Shown: positions 40,881 through 51,837 of the stretch, one piece after another
Layout of the letters: each line of letters begins with the position of its first letter
How positions within the stretch are numbered: position 1 is the first letter of the stretch
From: Rhizophagus irregularis
Lineage: Eukaryota
NCBI RefSeq assembly: GCF_026210795.1
Contig: NC_089434.1
Location: 124,001 to 188,000, forward strand
Reading direction: 5' to 3'
Length of the DNA stretch: 64,000 nt
Notes under the pieces: model-generated
What the model was told of the DNA's origin: nothing
Seen by the model: only the letters and a program-made list of their open reading frames with translations
Database searches by the model: none
Translations under genes and position numbers: made by a program

Positions 40881-41999
40881 CGCGATAAATATTTTAAATA
40901 GATCAGCCATAAACTGCGCCGTATGTAACAAAATCACATGCTCAAAAATCACATGCCCGAGCTTTTTTTGATGGGGAAGATTCCGCAGGAGCCCGAGATC
41001 AACTGATCACAAGCTACCTTTAGTTATTCGACTCGAAGTGCCGAATAAGTGATTTATCCGGTTTCCCGTGATTTGAATACACGAACCATTTTTAATTATA
41101 AAAATCACGTGATACCGGATAATACGAAATATTATTCAGAAGAATGTGAACTTGTATCTTGATTATGCAATATAATGTTTTTTTCATACAATTATTTATT
41201 TTGGCTGCACAAAATAGCAAAAGAGCGTAATGAATTACTTTGTAGTGCTTTTGTGGTACATATAGGTACAATATCAACGTGAAAAGCTAATCTTCTGCCA
41301 AAGATGAACATGTGGCTCAGAAATTAACACAAGAGCTATGGAAAACGTTAACACTGTACATGATAAAATTTTTTATTTGCTAGATTGCTGAAAATAATTC
41401 ATTTAGTTGCAAATGAATCCATATCCACATGCAAGAAAGAAATTCTTTTGAGAATTTTTATAATATTTTTTTTTGAATTTTTTTTATAGGGAACACGTTT
41501 TCTTTGATAGTTTTTCCTGATTTTATTAATGTAATTGGTATAATATTTTTTTAATTTTATTCTTAATATATATTTTCTAAAAAATTTTATTTTTAATTAA
41601 GCCGCTCCAATAAATATTTTTTGTATTAAATATTATTAGTCAATTAGCTTATTAGTCACATGATCATACTTTTCCAGATGTTTCATCAATCCGTCCCGAT
41701 GAATTTTCAAATCCTTAATTCCCCATTGGCTGGACTGCACGACACTAAAAAGTTCCCCGAGGTCTTTTTGAAATAGGTTAGTTATCCATAGTATGTAGCC
41801 ATTAGGAGAATTAAATTCGTTTGATTTCACGTGGTGCTTCTGGTTTGATTATGGTTGGAAAAGCTTCGGTTGGACCTCCATGGGTTTGTTTTGTAGCACC
41901 CTGGTGGCACTGTCTTCGGGCGGTTTGATTACAGCTAGTTTAGGGTAACGTTTGACTTTTTTATGTATTAGTTCTTGTTTACCTTTCTGTAATCTTGAT

Positions 42000-43118
42000 C
42001 ACTTCAGAATTTAAAAATAAAAAAATAAAAAAATAAAGAATTTTCAAATCCTTAACTTTAACTAAATAATAATCATCTAAATAATATTCCTTAAGTAAAG
42101 TTTCTAGCGTTTGAACTCTTTCTCTTAAAGATTCTATAGACTTATTATCATCCTTTTCAGATATAACTTTAACTTTTCAGCTAAAGGAATACCACCAGAA
42201 GATGAAACAAGATTTTGAATATTTTATAATATTAAAAAAAGTATTTGTGCTTTTCCCCTATTAATATATGATATAATAATTGATAATTAATTAATAATTT
42301 TTATTATTATATCAGAATATTGAAATAATATATTTACCACGGTTCAAGTTTACCCGATCCAAAAATAAAAGAAAATATTCCTATATTACATACAAAAAAA
42401 TGATATTAATTATAAAATTTATATAATACTTAATACTAATGCAAATGAACTCACCTTCAATAAAACTATAAAAACCTCCAAGATCAGATAAATAATCCGT
42501 AACTGTAAACCGAATAAACCGAATGTATAAAATTATTAATATTTTCAAAGAAATAATACGGCATATTACGATGAATTATATTACTTACAACCATAAACTT
42601 TATATTCTTCATACTTATTTGGTAAATTTACATAAATTCCTAATCCAACTTTATTAGTATCTAAATTTAAGGGTAATTGTTCTGATCGTAGATCTAGTTC
42701 TATTACACATTATAATTGATGGAGTGACATGTATAAAAGAAGCTTGATTCGGATAAAAATAAAACGCATTTGAATTTAGACTATAACAATTTTGTGATGT
42801 ATCTGATAAATATAATGACATAAGTATAGTTAATTTCAAATTATTGTTGGGTAATATAGAGGATATGATCTTATTGAAGTTTGTTTTTTCGTTGTAAAAA
42901 GAATTTATTATATCGCCTAATTGATTATTATAATTGTGATATTATTAACATTATTAAAAGGAATATTAGCATTTACCCAAAGCCAAAAATGATGTATATT
43001 TGATGGAAAACTGGTATTGTAAAATTGTAAGGATATAATATGCAATTTTCGTTAGGTTTGGATGTACTTTGATAAAGGTAATTACTATTGAAATTGTCTA
43101 AGGGAAATTCTTGAACAT
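42000..43118 (-). pseudogene. Disrupted member of an expanded Glomeromycota membrane-protein family
   Basis: Exon fragments FTVTDYLSDLGGFYSFI, GIFSFIFGSGKLEPW, GIPLAEKV...LRERVQTLETLLKEYYLDDYYL. The 5' part has stops. Confidence 0.5.
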
Positions 43119-46100
43119 CAAATCCCATTATACCGTTGGCGCACATGGATACGTATATCGTCAGTTCGGATCCTTTTTGAAAAATAAAAATGAGAGATTA
43201 AATCTAATTCGGAGAAATATCAAACGTAATCTTATTATCTTTTTTACCATGAGGAATTGTAAATTTTTGTGTAGTTGCTTCGTTAAGTATTTTACCAAAA
43301 TTTTCGTAAAAACTATATTTCAAAATTAACAGTAAAAAAACGATGGCAAAAATACATCGTAAAATCCTAATTCTGGTCGAGATTTGAAAGATTCGTCCAA
43401 AAACATAATATCAAAGTTAATTTATTATTCAAACAAAAGGTAATTCGTTGTTCCTATACAATGAGTGTATAAAAGAGAATTCAGAAATTGTATTGTGACG
43501 TGCATTTATTTGACAAATATACAATTTTTAGGATTATTTGTTTGTAATGTTAATGGAATACTATGAGTAATGCAGTTACTGCACGTCCTAAAAATTGCAC
43601 ATCATTGTAAAAGTCCAATTTAATAAAGACTGATATACGCCCACAGGTTATTTGAAAGTCCTTTTTGAGTTTAAATAAACTCGGCAATGATGAATTGACA
43701 ATCAGGGTTTTTTTATTGTAAATAATTTTTCAGGTAAAGTTAAAAAGTGCAGTGAAATTTAGATGCGTTACGCCTCATCTAATTACATGATATAAATTTG
43801 AATTGCCGCAGAAAAACTAAGATTTCATATTTAATTCTCAAGTTCTTTTTAATAAAATTCTCAAATTCGGCGAACTAAATATTCAAAAAAAAAAAATGGA
43901 GACAAAAAAAGAACAGGATATTATTAATAAACTATTTTTAGCAACACTTTTTATTGAAATATTATTTGCCATTATAAGTGTATCTATTTTACCATACGGG
44001 ATGAGAATTAAATGATGAAAATTTTATTAAGATATTACTTACACTATAACTTAAAAATTAGTAATTAATAGATTATTAATGAAAATAGTTCCTTAGATTA
44101 TTATATAGCTTTTTGTGAACAAATTTAGTCCCTAATTTAAATTTTATTTTCAATTTAAAAAATATTTTGAAATATGAAAAGAAGTTTATTTTATTGTAAT
44201 GATATCATGTGAAATATTATTTATTATTTTACTATTCGCATATATAAATAAGTATAGCTAATGTGGTATTAAAAATTTCTATACTCAGAGTACTATACAA
44301 CATCGGAGGTATATACCGGATCTACTGTACTGTTGAGTGGAGGATTGATAATTAATTTTTTATTATCTAAAAATGAGGTTATTGAATGAAATAATTTATC
44401 ATGATTGTTTTATAGCTCAAAATGGATAGAGATTCATGATTGTTTTAAAGCTCAAAATGGATTATTAAATTTAGAGATGTTACAGTTCGGTTTAGTTTGG
44501 TTTCAGTTCGGTTCCATTACGTCAAACTAAGAAACTTATATTCTGACTATACAGTGTGGGACAAAAATGATCTATATCGCCAAAAATAGATATTACTACT
44601 TTTAATACATAAGCATTAATTCGTAATTCGTGCGTGCGCCAATCGGACCAACATAGATAAACCTACCGATTTTTAATGAAATAAATTGAAATTTTTTAAT
44701 GTGAAATTTGATTTTTATCCAATTAATAAAAAAATATATTTAAGTATAAAATACTAAGTTGTGAATTAAAAAATAAATGCTGTACCTTGTCATTACGCGC
44801 AATGTTAAGAGTTCATTAACCAGTTTTCTTCATGACTTCATCACGTGGTACGACTGTTACGTCAAATTTTTCGTAAAAATGAGAAAAGGACAAACTAATT
44901 ATTAAACTATTTAACCACAGTTCTCATTATGTGATATGAAAAAATCATGATCATTACCATTATTAGGCACTTCGTTATTCAATATTGCGGTCAATGGTTT
45001 AATGATTGTTGTCATATGCCACTGCGTGGCACAATGACAGCCAATCATTCAACATTAACCTCCACAAGCATAAATATTAACAAAATGTATTAAAGTTTTT
45101 GATTGTGATTTATCTATAAGTATGTGATTTGTTCTAATATCAAAGAATTTTCTTTCAAAAACCATTTTAGGACAATTCTAAATGTTCCATTTCTAGAAAT
45201 TGATTGAATGAACGTTTTTTTATCTCGGTCTCGTCCGATGATTGTTTTTTTTCTTTTTTCTTCTTGTTAAAACATTACTTTATTGGAGATTTCTTAATTT
45301 ATCTTAATTTGATTTTAGTTATAATCTAAAAGACTATATAAGCACCAGACAAAATATACAATTTACCCAAGTTACAAAAGCTACAAAAAAAAGAAAAAAA
45401 ATAAGAAAACTCACCTAATCAATATAAATACATTGTTTCTACGCTTATGGGGGATTTATTTAGGCAAATAAAATATTTTATTTTTTATTTTGCGAACATA
45501 GAATTTATTATTGATAATGAGGGTTTTGAAAAATGTTGTGCAGAGTGTGGCACTATATACACAAATATACAATATAAATGGTGCAAACCATGTCAAACTA
45601 ATCATCTTAAAAATAATTTTGTAAACTGGACTAGTGGGGATAAAACTATTGACCATTTTATTCAAGAAACGCAATTAAAAATCGATCCAACTGATTTAGT
45701 ATTTGAATGGATACCGTATGATCAGTTTAATGACGTTGAAAAAATAGGCGAAGATAATTTTGCCGCAGTATATTTAGCAAAATGGGAAGATGGTCCGCTG
45801 ATCTGGAATTCAGTAAAGTATACAAGAGATTCAAGCAAGGCAATTACTTTAATACGTATATACAACTCACAAATTATGGTGGATGATTTTCTAAATAAGG
45901 TATGAAATTTCTAAAAATTTAATTTAATACTTTCAAATGCAACAACGCAACCTTATTTTTTATATTTTAATAGGTCAAAAAATATAGAAGCCATAATAAA
46001 TTTGAAATATGTGGAATAACTCAAAAACCTCATACAAAAGATTACGTTATTATTTCTTCCAATTATAAGTATTCTAATGTACACTGTTTAAAATGTGATG

Positions 46101-49100
46101 AAATTTATAAAGTAAAGTGGTGCAAGCCATGTCAGATAAAACTTTTAAATGATTATATAAACAGTGGAAATAAAAAAATTGATAATCACATCCAAGAAAT
46201 GCAATTAAAAATCAATCTACCAACAGATTTAGTATTTGAATGGATACCGTATGTTCAGTTTAATATTGTTAAAAAAGAACGTGAAGATAATTTTGCCTCA
46301 GTATATTCAGCAAAATGGGAGGATGGTCCACTGATCTGGAATCCAATTAAGTACTATACAAGAGATTCAAACAAGATAATTACTTTAATACATATAAACA
46401 ACTCTCCAATTATGATAGATGATTTTCTAAATAAGGTATTAAATTTCTAAAAATTCAAATTTTAATATTTATAATGAAACAACAATTTATTTTTTTATAT
46501 TTTTAGATGAAAAAATATGAAAGCAATAATAAATATTTTGGAATATCTCAAGATCCTCAAGGAGATTACGTTATTATTTCTAATAATTATTACAATAATA
46601 AAAACTGTTTAAATTGTGATAGAATTTATACAAATACAGTAGATATGTGGTGCAAGCCATGTCAGACAAATTATTTAAAAAAAAATTTTAGTGACTGGAC
46701 CAAGGAATTGATAATCTCATCCGAGAAATGCAATTAAAAATCAATCAATCAACTGATTTGGTATTTGAATGGATACCACCCCCACGTGACCGGTGATGTT
46801 TAAGGGGAAGTGAAAAATTTTTTTTTCACCACTAAAAATTTTCTAATGGGAGGATGGTCCACTGATCTGGAATTCAATTAAATATACAAGAGATTCAACT
46901 ACAGAAATTAATTTAAACTTACAAGTTAATTTTTTAAATGAGGTATGAAATTCTTTAAAGATTAATACTTTTTATGCAGTAACGTCAACTTATTATTTAT
47001 ATTTAATAGGCCAAAAAGTATATAAGTCATAACATATATCTTAGAATATATGGAATATTCCAAAATCCTAATACAGAAGATTACATTATCATCTTTAATT
47101 ATGATAAATATTACAAAGAATACTCTGAGACTTATTGTTCAAAATGTGAAAAAATATATACATATATATGGTATAAATGGTGCAAAATATGCACTATAAG
47201 TTCTTTAGAAGAAAATTTTACAAATTGGATACGTAAAGATGAAAAAATCTTTAATTTAATTCAAAACATGCACTCAAGAATCTTTTATCCGACTGATATA
47301 GTATTTGAATGGATACCATATAATCAGTTTAATAATATAAAGGTAATATACAAAGATTATTTATATTTAGCGATGTGGGAGGATGGCCCATTACTTTATG
47401 ATTCAAATAAATATATAAGGAAATCAAAAAAAGTAGTCCTAAAATATTTAAATAACTTGACCTATTTTGATGAACTTTTAAATAATAATAAGGTATGAAT
47501 TTCTATAAATTCAATTTAATATATTTTACACAAATTATATTAATTTTTATTATATTTTAATAGATTAAAATATATGGAATATCTCAAATTACTTATACAA
47601 AAAATTATGTTATAGTTATTGATAATGAAGATTTTGAAATTTATTTTCAAAAATATTGCATAAAATGTAATGAAATATATACATATATACAGCATGAATG
47701 GTGTAAACCATGCGAATTGAATTATTTAAAATATAATTTAACAAAATTTGGTAAAAATGAGAAAATTAATAAATTTGTTTATGAAGTTCAATTAAGAAAT
47801 TAAATATCCATCTGATATAGTATTTGAATGGATACCATATGAACAATTTAATGATATTAAAGAAAAAGATGATTTAATATATTCGGCAATATGGAAAAAT
47901 GGACCATTATATTGGAATGAAGTGGAATATACAAGAAATTTAGATAAAGAAGTTGTTTTAAAACATGTATATAATTCACAAAATACTATAAATGAATTTC
48001 TTGATCAGGTATGTCTTTATATAAATATATTTTATTAAAAAGATTACATTATTTTTTCAATTCAGTCCATTTCTATTTTTTGAAATAAATTTTATTTGGT
48101 GTTTTTTACTAGATTAAATATAATAGGAATAATGGCATTTTTAAAATATATGGAATATCTCAAAATTCTTATACAAAAAACTATATTATTGTTCTTGATA
48201 ATGATTTTGGAAAATACTGTGTGAAATGCAATAAAATGTACTCAGATGTGCAGAATAAATGGTGTAGAACATGTAAAATAAATTTTCTAAGAAAAAATTT
48301 TACAAACTGGACAAGTGGAAATGAAAAGATTGATAATTTTATTCAAGAAATGCAATTAAAAATTTTTTTTATAATGATATAATACTTGAATGGGTTTCAT
48401 ACAATCAGCTTTATAATATTAAAGAAATAAAAAAAGATTGTTTTTCTACATTATATTCAGCAATATGGAAGGATAAAATAATATTTATAAAATATCTATA
48501 TAATTCACAAAATTCAATTAACGAATTTTTAAATGAGGTATGATGATTTACTATTTTTTTTAATTTAATTTTTTTTCATAATAATAATTAATTTTCTGTT
48601 TTAACAGGTTAAATTATATTCTATTTACTTTGAAAGTGATAAGCCTAAAATATATGGAATTTCTCAAAATTCTGATACAAAATACTATATTATAATTTTT
48701 TATAGCAAATACTTAAAATATTGTATAAAATGTAATAAGATGTATATATTTACAGAATATGACTGGTGTAAAGTATGTCAGATGAATTATTTAAAGAAAA
48801 ATTTAGCAAAATGGACAAGTAAAAATGAAAAAATCAATAATTTTATTCAAAAAATGCAGTTAAAAATAAATCATCCAAAAGATATAGTATTTGAATGGAT
48901 ACCATATAATAGGTTTAATGAGATTAAAGAAATAGGCAAAGGTGGTTTTGCTACAGTATACAGTCAACTCTCTTTATAGTCACACATTTGGGACAGTCCA
49001 TATTTGGTGATTATAAAGAGATGTGACTATATAAAAAATTTCTTATATTTGTATATCATAATTCCGGCCAAAAATTAACATAATTTTAGCCAGAATTATA

Positions 49101-49120
49101 CTTAAAACTTTATTGTATCG

Positions 49121-49642
49121 TAACTTCGCCAATATTAATCGTAGAGAGATGATCTTACCGCCATTCGATTCGTCTTGATGAGACGGTTCTAATGGTATAA
49201 AATACGTCGAAATCCAATCACTAGATTAATTTCCGAAATTAAAAAAATATTAATGGTTTTTGTGTAATAACTCTGCCAATATTGATCCTAGAAAGACGAT
49301 CTTACTACCATTCGATTCGTCTTGATGAGACGAATCTAATGGTATAAGATACATCGAAATCCAATCACTAGATCAATTTCCGAAATTAAAAAATATTAAA
49401 TGGTTTTTAAGTAATAACTCCATCAATATTGATCACCGAGAGATGAGCTTACCACCATTCGATTCGTCTCGATGAGGCGATTCCAACGAGCTATAAATCG
49501 TCTTTCCACAATCACTAGGTACCGAGAAATCTAGCAAAATGTTAAATGGCGCAGTAAACGTAAATCAAGAAATATTATAATGCCGATGTTTAACATTTTG
49601 TTGAATAACTCGTCAGCCAGTGATCGGAAAAGGATAAAACTA
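49121..49642 (+). repeat. Tandem repeat (147-bp period) with a palindromic core, inside the MITE
   Basis: Unit starts TAACT at 49121, 49268, 49415 and 49606. Core CATTCGATTCGTCTTGATGAGACG. The 4th unit is split by the LINE and continues at 57497. Confidence 0.85.
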
Positions 49643-49766
49643 AAAAACTCTCTCCCGTTCTGCTCACTTGACAATATTTACAGAAAAAATAAAAAATTTT
49701 TTCGAAGTTTTTTATTACTTTTTCTTTATATTTTCTTTATTTTAGATAACTACGACACTTTACAAA

Positions 49767-51788
49767 ATGACTACAGACAAGAAAAAGAAAAACAACAAGT
49801 CTAACAACGATACTACTTCTAAACGTCCTGCCTCTAGCTCTCCAGCAGGCAACGTTTCTGGTCAAGGTTCCTCTATATCTGGCCCTTCGAACTCCCCACC
49901 TTCGACCACCTCTACTAATAAACGTACCAGAGTCAGTGCTGAAGACTCTGTCATGGATGTTGATAAACCTCTCACGCCTCCTGGCCCTGTTGAGACAACT
50001 TCCGCTGAGATACCTTCTCAACCCGATACCTCCTCTCTCGATGCTTCGCAACACGCCCCTACTAACAACAACGATAAAGGCAAAAGCCCTGAAATTACTC
50101 CCGCAGTCTCCTTCCCTGAACGTGCTGCCTCTCCGGACGCGTCCCAAGCTGCAGTACAATCTCAACCTACACTTTTCTACGCCTCGGCCGCTCCTAATGA
50201 CGTCGATGGCTTTTGGAATCACTTCGCTTCGAACCGCGACGCGTGCGACGCGGTTGATCGACAACTTTCCTTGTTCTCCTCTTATGGTAGTCGTGCCACG
50301 TGTAGTGGATCCAACGATTTGAAGAGGATCATCGTACATTTCCGAAAAAAGGATGATCTAGACAAAGCCACAGCCTCCCCTATGGATTCTTTGTTTGGTT
50401 TGCATTTCCATGCATATGACCCCCAGGCTATTAAGGCAGATGAACACGCGCGTACCCTGGTGGTTACCGATATCCCCCTTTTTCTAACTGACGCTCTTTT
50501 GCGTGGTACCTTTTCTCGTTACGGCAATATTACTCGTTGCCATACCCGTTTATCTAAACTTTATCGTACTGCATACATTACCTTTGAATCTACTGGTGCT
50601 TTACAGAACCTCGACTCTACCTGGGGCGTCCTTTGTGGAGGACATTGTTTGCGTATCTGCCCCGCTACTTTCTCACCTGAACAACGTGCTGAAAGACGCG
50701 CTTATGTTGCCTTACTTGCCGGTCTCCCGCGTGGCACTATAGCGGTCGATCTTGCTGAAATTGCCGATGAAATTTCCGCTAAATCTATTAATGTTCCCTT
50801 CTCTATGAATTCTTACAATCCCAAACCTTACGCCTATTGCCATTTTGCCTCTGAAACGGCTATGGAAAATGCTAAATCTATTTCATGTGCCCTCAAGAAA
50901 GTTGGCCTTACCTGGCATTCTCCGGATGAAGTCACTTCTCTTTGTCATCGATGTGGTCGCCCTAATTGTAACCCTGATCGATGTGGTTCCTCATCTAGAC
51001 CTAATCGCCCTTCTCGCCTTTGGCAATCTAATGATAAATTACGTGCTTTATATAATAAGCATCTACCTCCTTCTCATCCTGCTAAACGACATAACCGTTT
51101 TGCCCGCCCTGATAACAATAATGATGGACAAAGCCGTACCAATGCTTCTCGCCATCGTTCTAAATCCAGACCTAATAATCGACAGCAATCTCGTTCTCAC
51201 TCTCAACGTCGACCATGGAATCGCGATAATCTCAATAACAACAATAACAATCAACATCGTCGTATTCCTGATGCAAATGAACTTGATCACTATGCTGATG
51301 GCATGGATGTTACATACCCTGCTCCTCCTACTGTGCTTACTGATTGGAAATCTATTGGTGCTGCTCTTGAAAAAGTAGTTGAAGAATTAGCCCTTCTTAC
51401 CACACAATTTGCTACCATGAACAGCCGCATCACTAATTTGGAATCTGCTATGGCTGCTCGTGCTCCTATTCCTGGCCCTTTTGTCACTAAACCTCCTTCC
51501 TACGTCCTTTCCTCTATGCAAGGATGGGATGATACAGTGAATCGAAATGATAATAATATCCTCGTTGATGTTAATTCTCCTCCTTTGCAATCAACAAGTG
51601 GTTTTTCCCCAATTCCTCATTTTGCTCCCATTCCACCTTCTAACGTCACCCCTTCCTCTCCTATTGATATGGAACAGCGACTCTCCTCTCTTTCTGACAC
51701 TGTTGCCTCTTTGGCTGGCTCGATTAAAGAAGGAATCCAACAAAACAACCTCATCCTAGCTCGGCAACAAGGCCAAGCTAATCAATAA
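49767..51788 (+). CDS. LINE ORF1 (gag-like nucleic-acid-binding protein with RRM-like domains and a degenerate Zn knuckle)
   Basis: TLVVTDIPLFL...FSRYGNI...AYITFE (RRM-like); CHRCGRPNC; Arg/Ser-rich region; C-terminal coiled coil. Confidence 0.85.
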   Translation: MTTDKKKKNNKSNNDTTSKRPASSSPAGNVSGQGSSISGPSNSPPSTTSTNKRTRVSAEDSVMDVDKPLTPPGPVETTSAEIPSQPDTSSLDASQHAPTNNNDKGKSPEITPAVSFPERAASPDASQAAVQSQPTLFYASAAPNDVDGFWNHFASNRDACDAVDRQLSLFSSYGSRATCSGSNDLKRIIVHFRKKDDLDKATASPMDSLFGLHFHAYDPQAIKADEHARTLVVTDIPLFLTDALLRGTFSRYGNITRCHTRLSKLYRTAYITFESTGALQNLDSTWGVLCGGHCLRICPATFSPEQRAERRAYVALLAGLPRGTIAVDLAEIADEISAKSINVPFSMNSYNPKPYAYCHFASETAMENAKSISCALKKVGLTWHSPDEVTSLCHRCGRPNCNPDRCGSSSRPNRPSRLWQSNDKLRALYNKHLPPSHPAKRHNRFARPDNNNDGQSRTNASRHRSKSRPNNRQQSRSHSQRRPWNRDNLNNNNNNQHRRIPDANELDHYADGMDVTYPAPPTVLTDWKSIGAALEKVVEELALLTTQFATMNSRITNLESAMAARAPIPGPFVTKPPSYVLSSMQGWDDTVNRNDNNILVDVNSPPLQSTSGFSPIPHFAPIPPSNVTPSSPIDMEQRLSSLSDTVASLAGSIKEGIQQNNLILARQQGQANQ

Positions 51789-51837
51789 TTGTTCTCTTTT
51801 TCCCTCTTCTTTATTACCGATTTATCGGGGTGTAATA

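Larger units (their letters stand above)
39891..40993. mobile_element. Non-autonomous inverted-repeat element (~1.1 kb); exact ends uncertain
   Basis: Left GGCTCC...CCATCAAAAAAGCTCGGGCACGTGATT matches the reverse complement of right AATCACATGCCCGAGCTTTTTTTGATGG...GGAGCC. No ORF inside; no clear TSD. Confidence 0.7.

Noticed and set aside
49121..49642. Palindromic repeats resembling a CRISPR array
   Set aside because: The inter-repeat sequences are themselves homologous, the context is eukaryotic and there are no cas genes; it is a tandem repeat inside a MITE.
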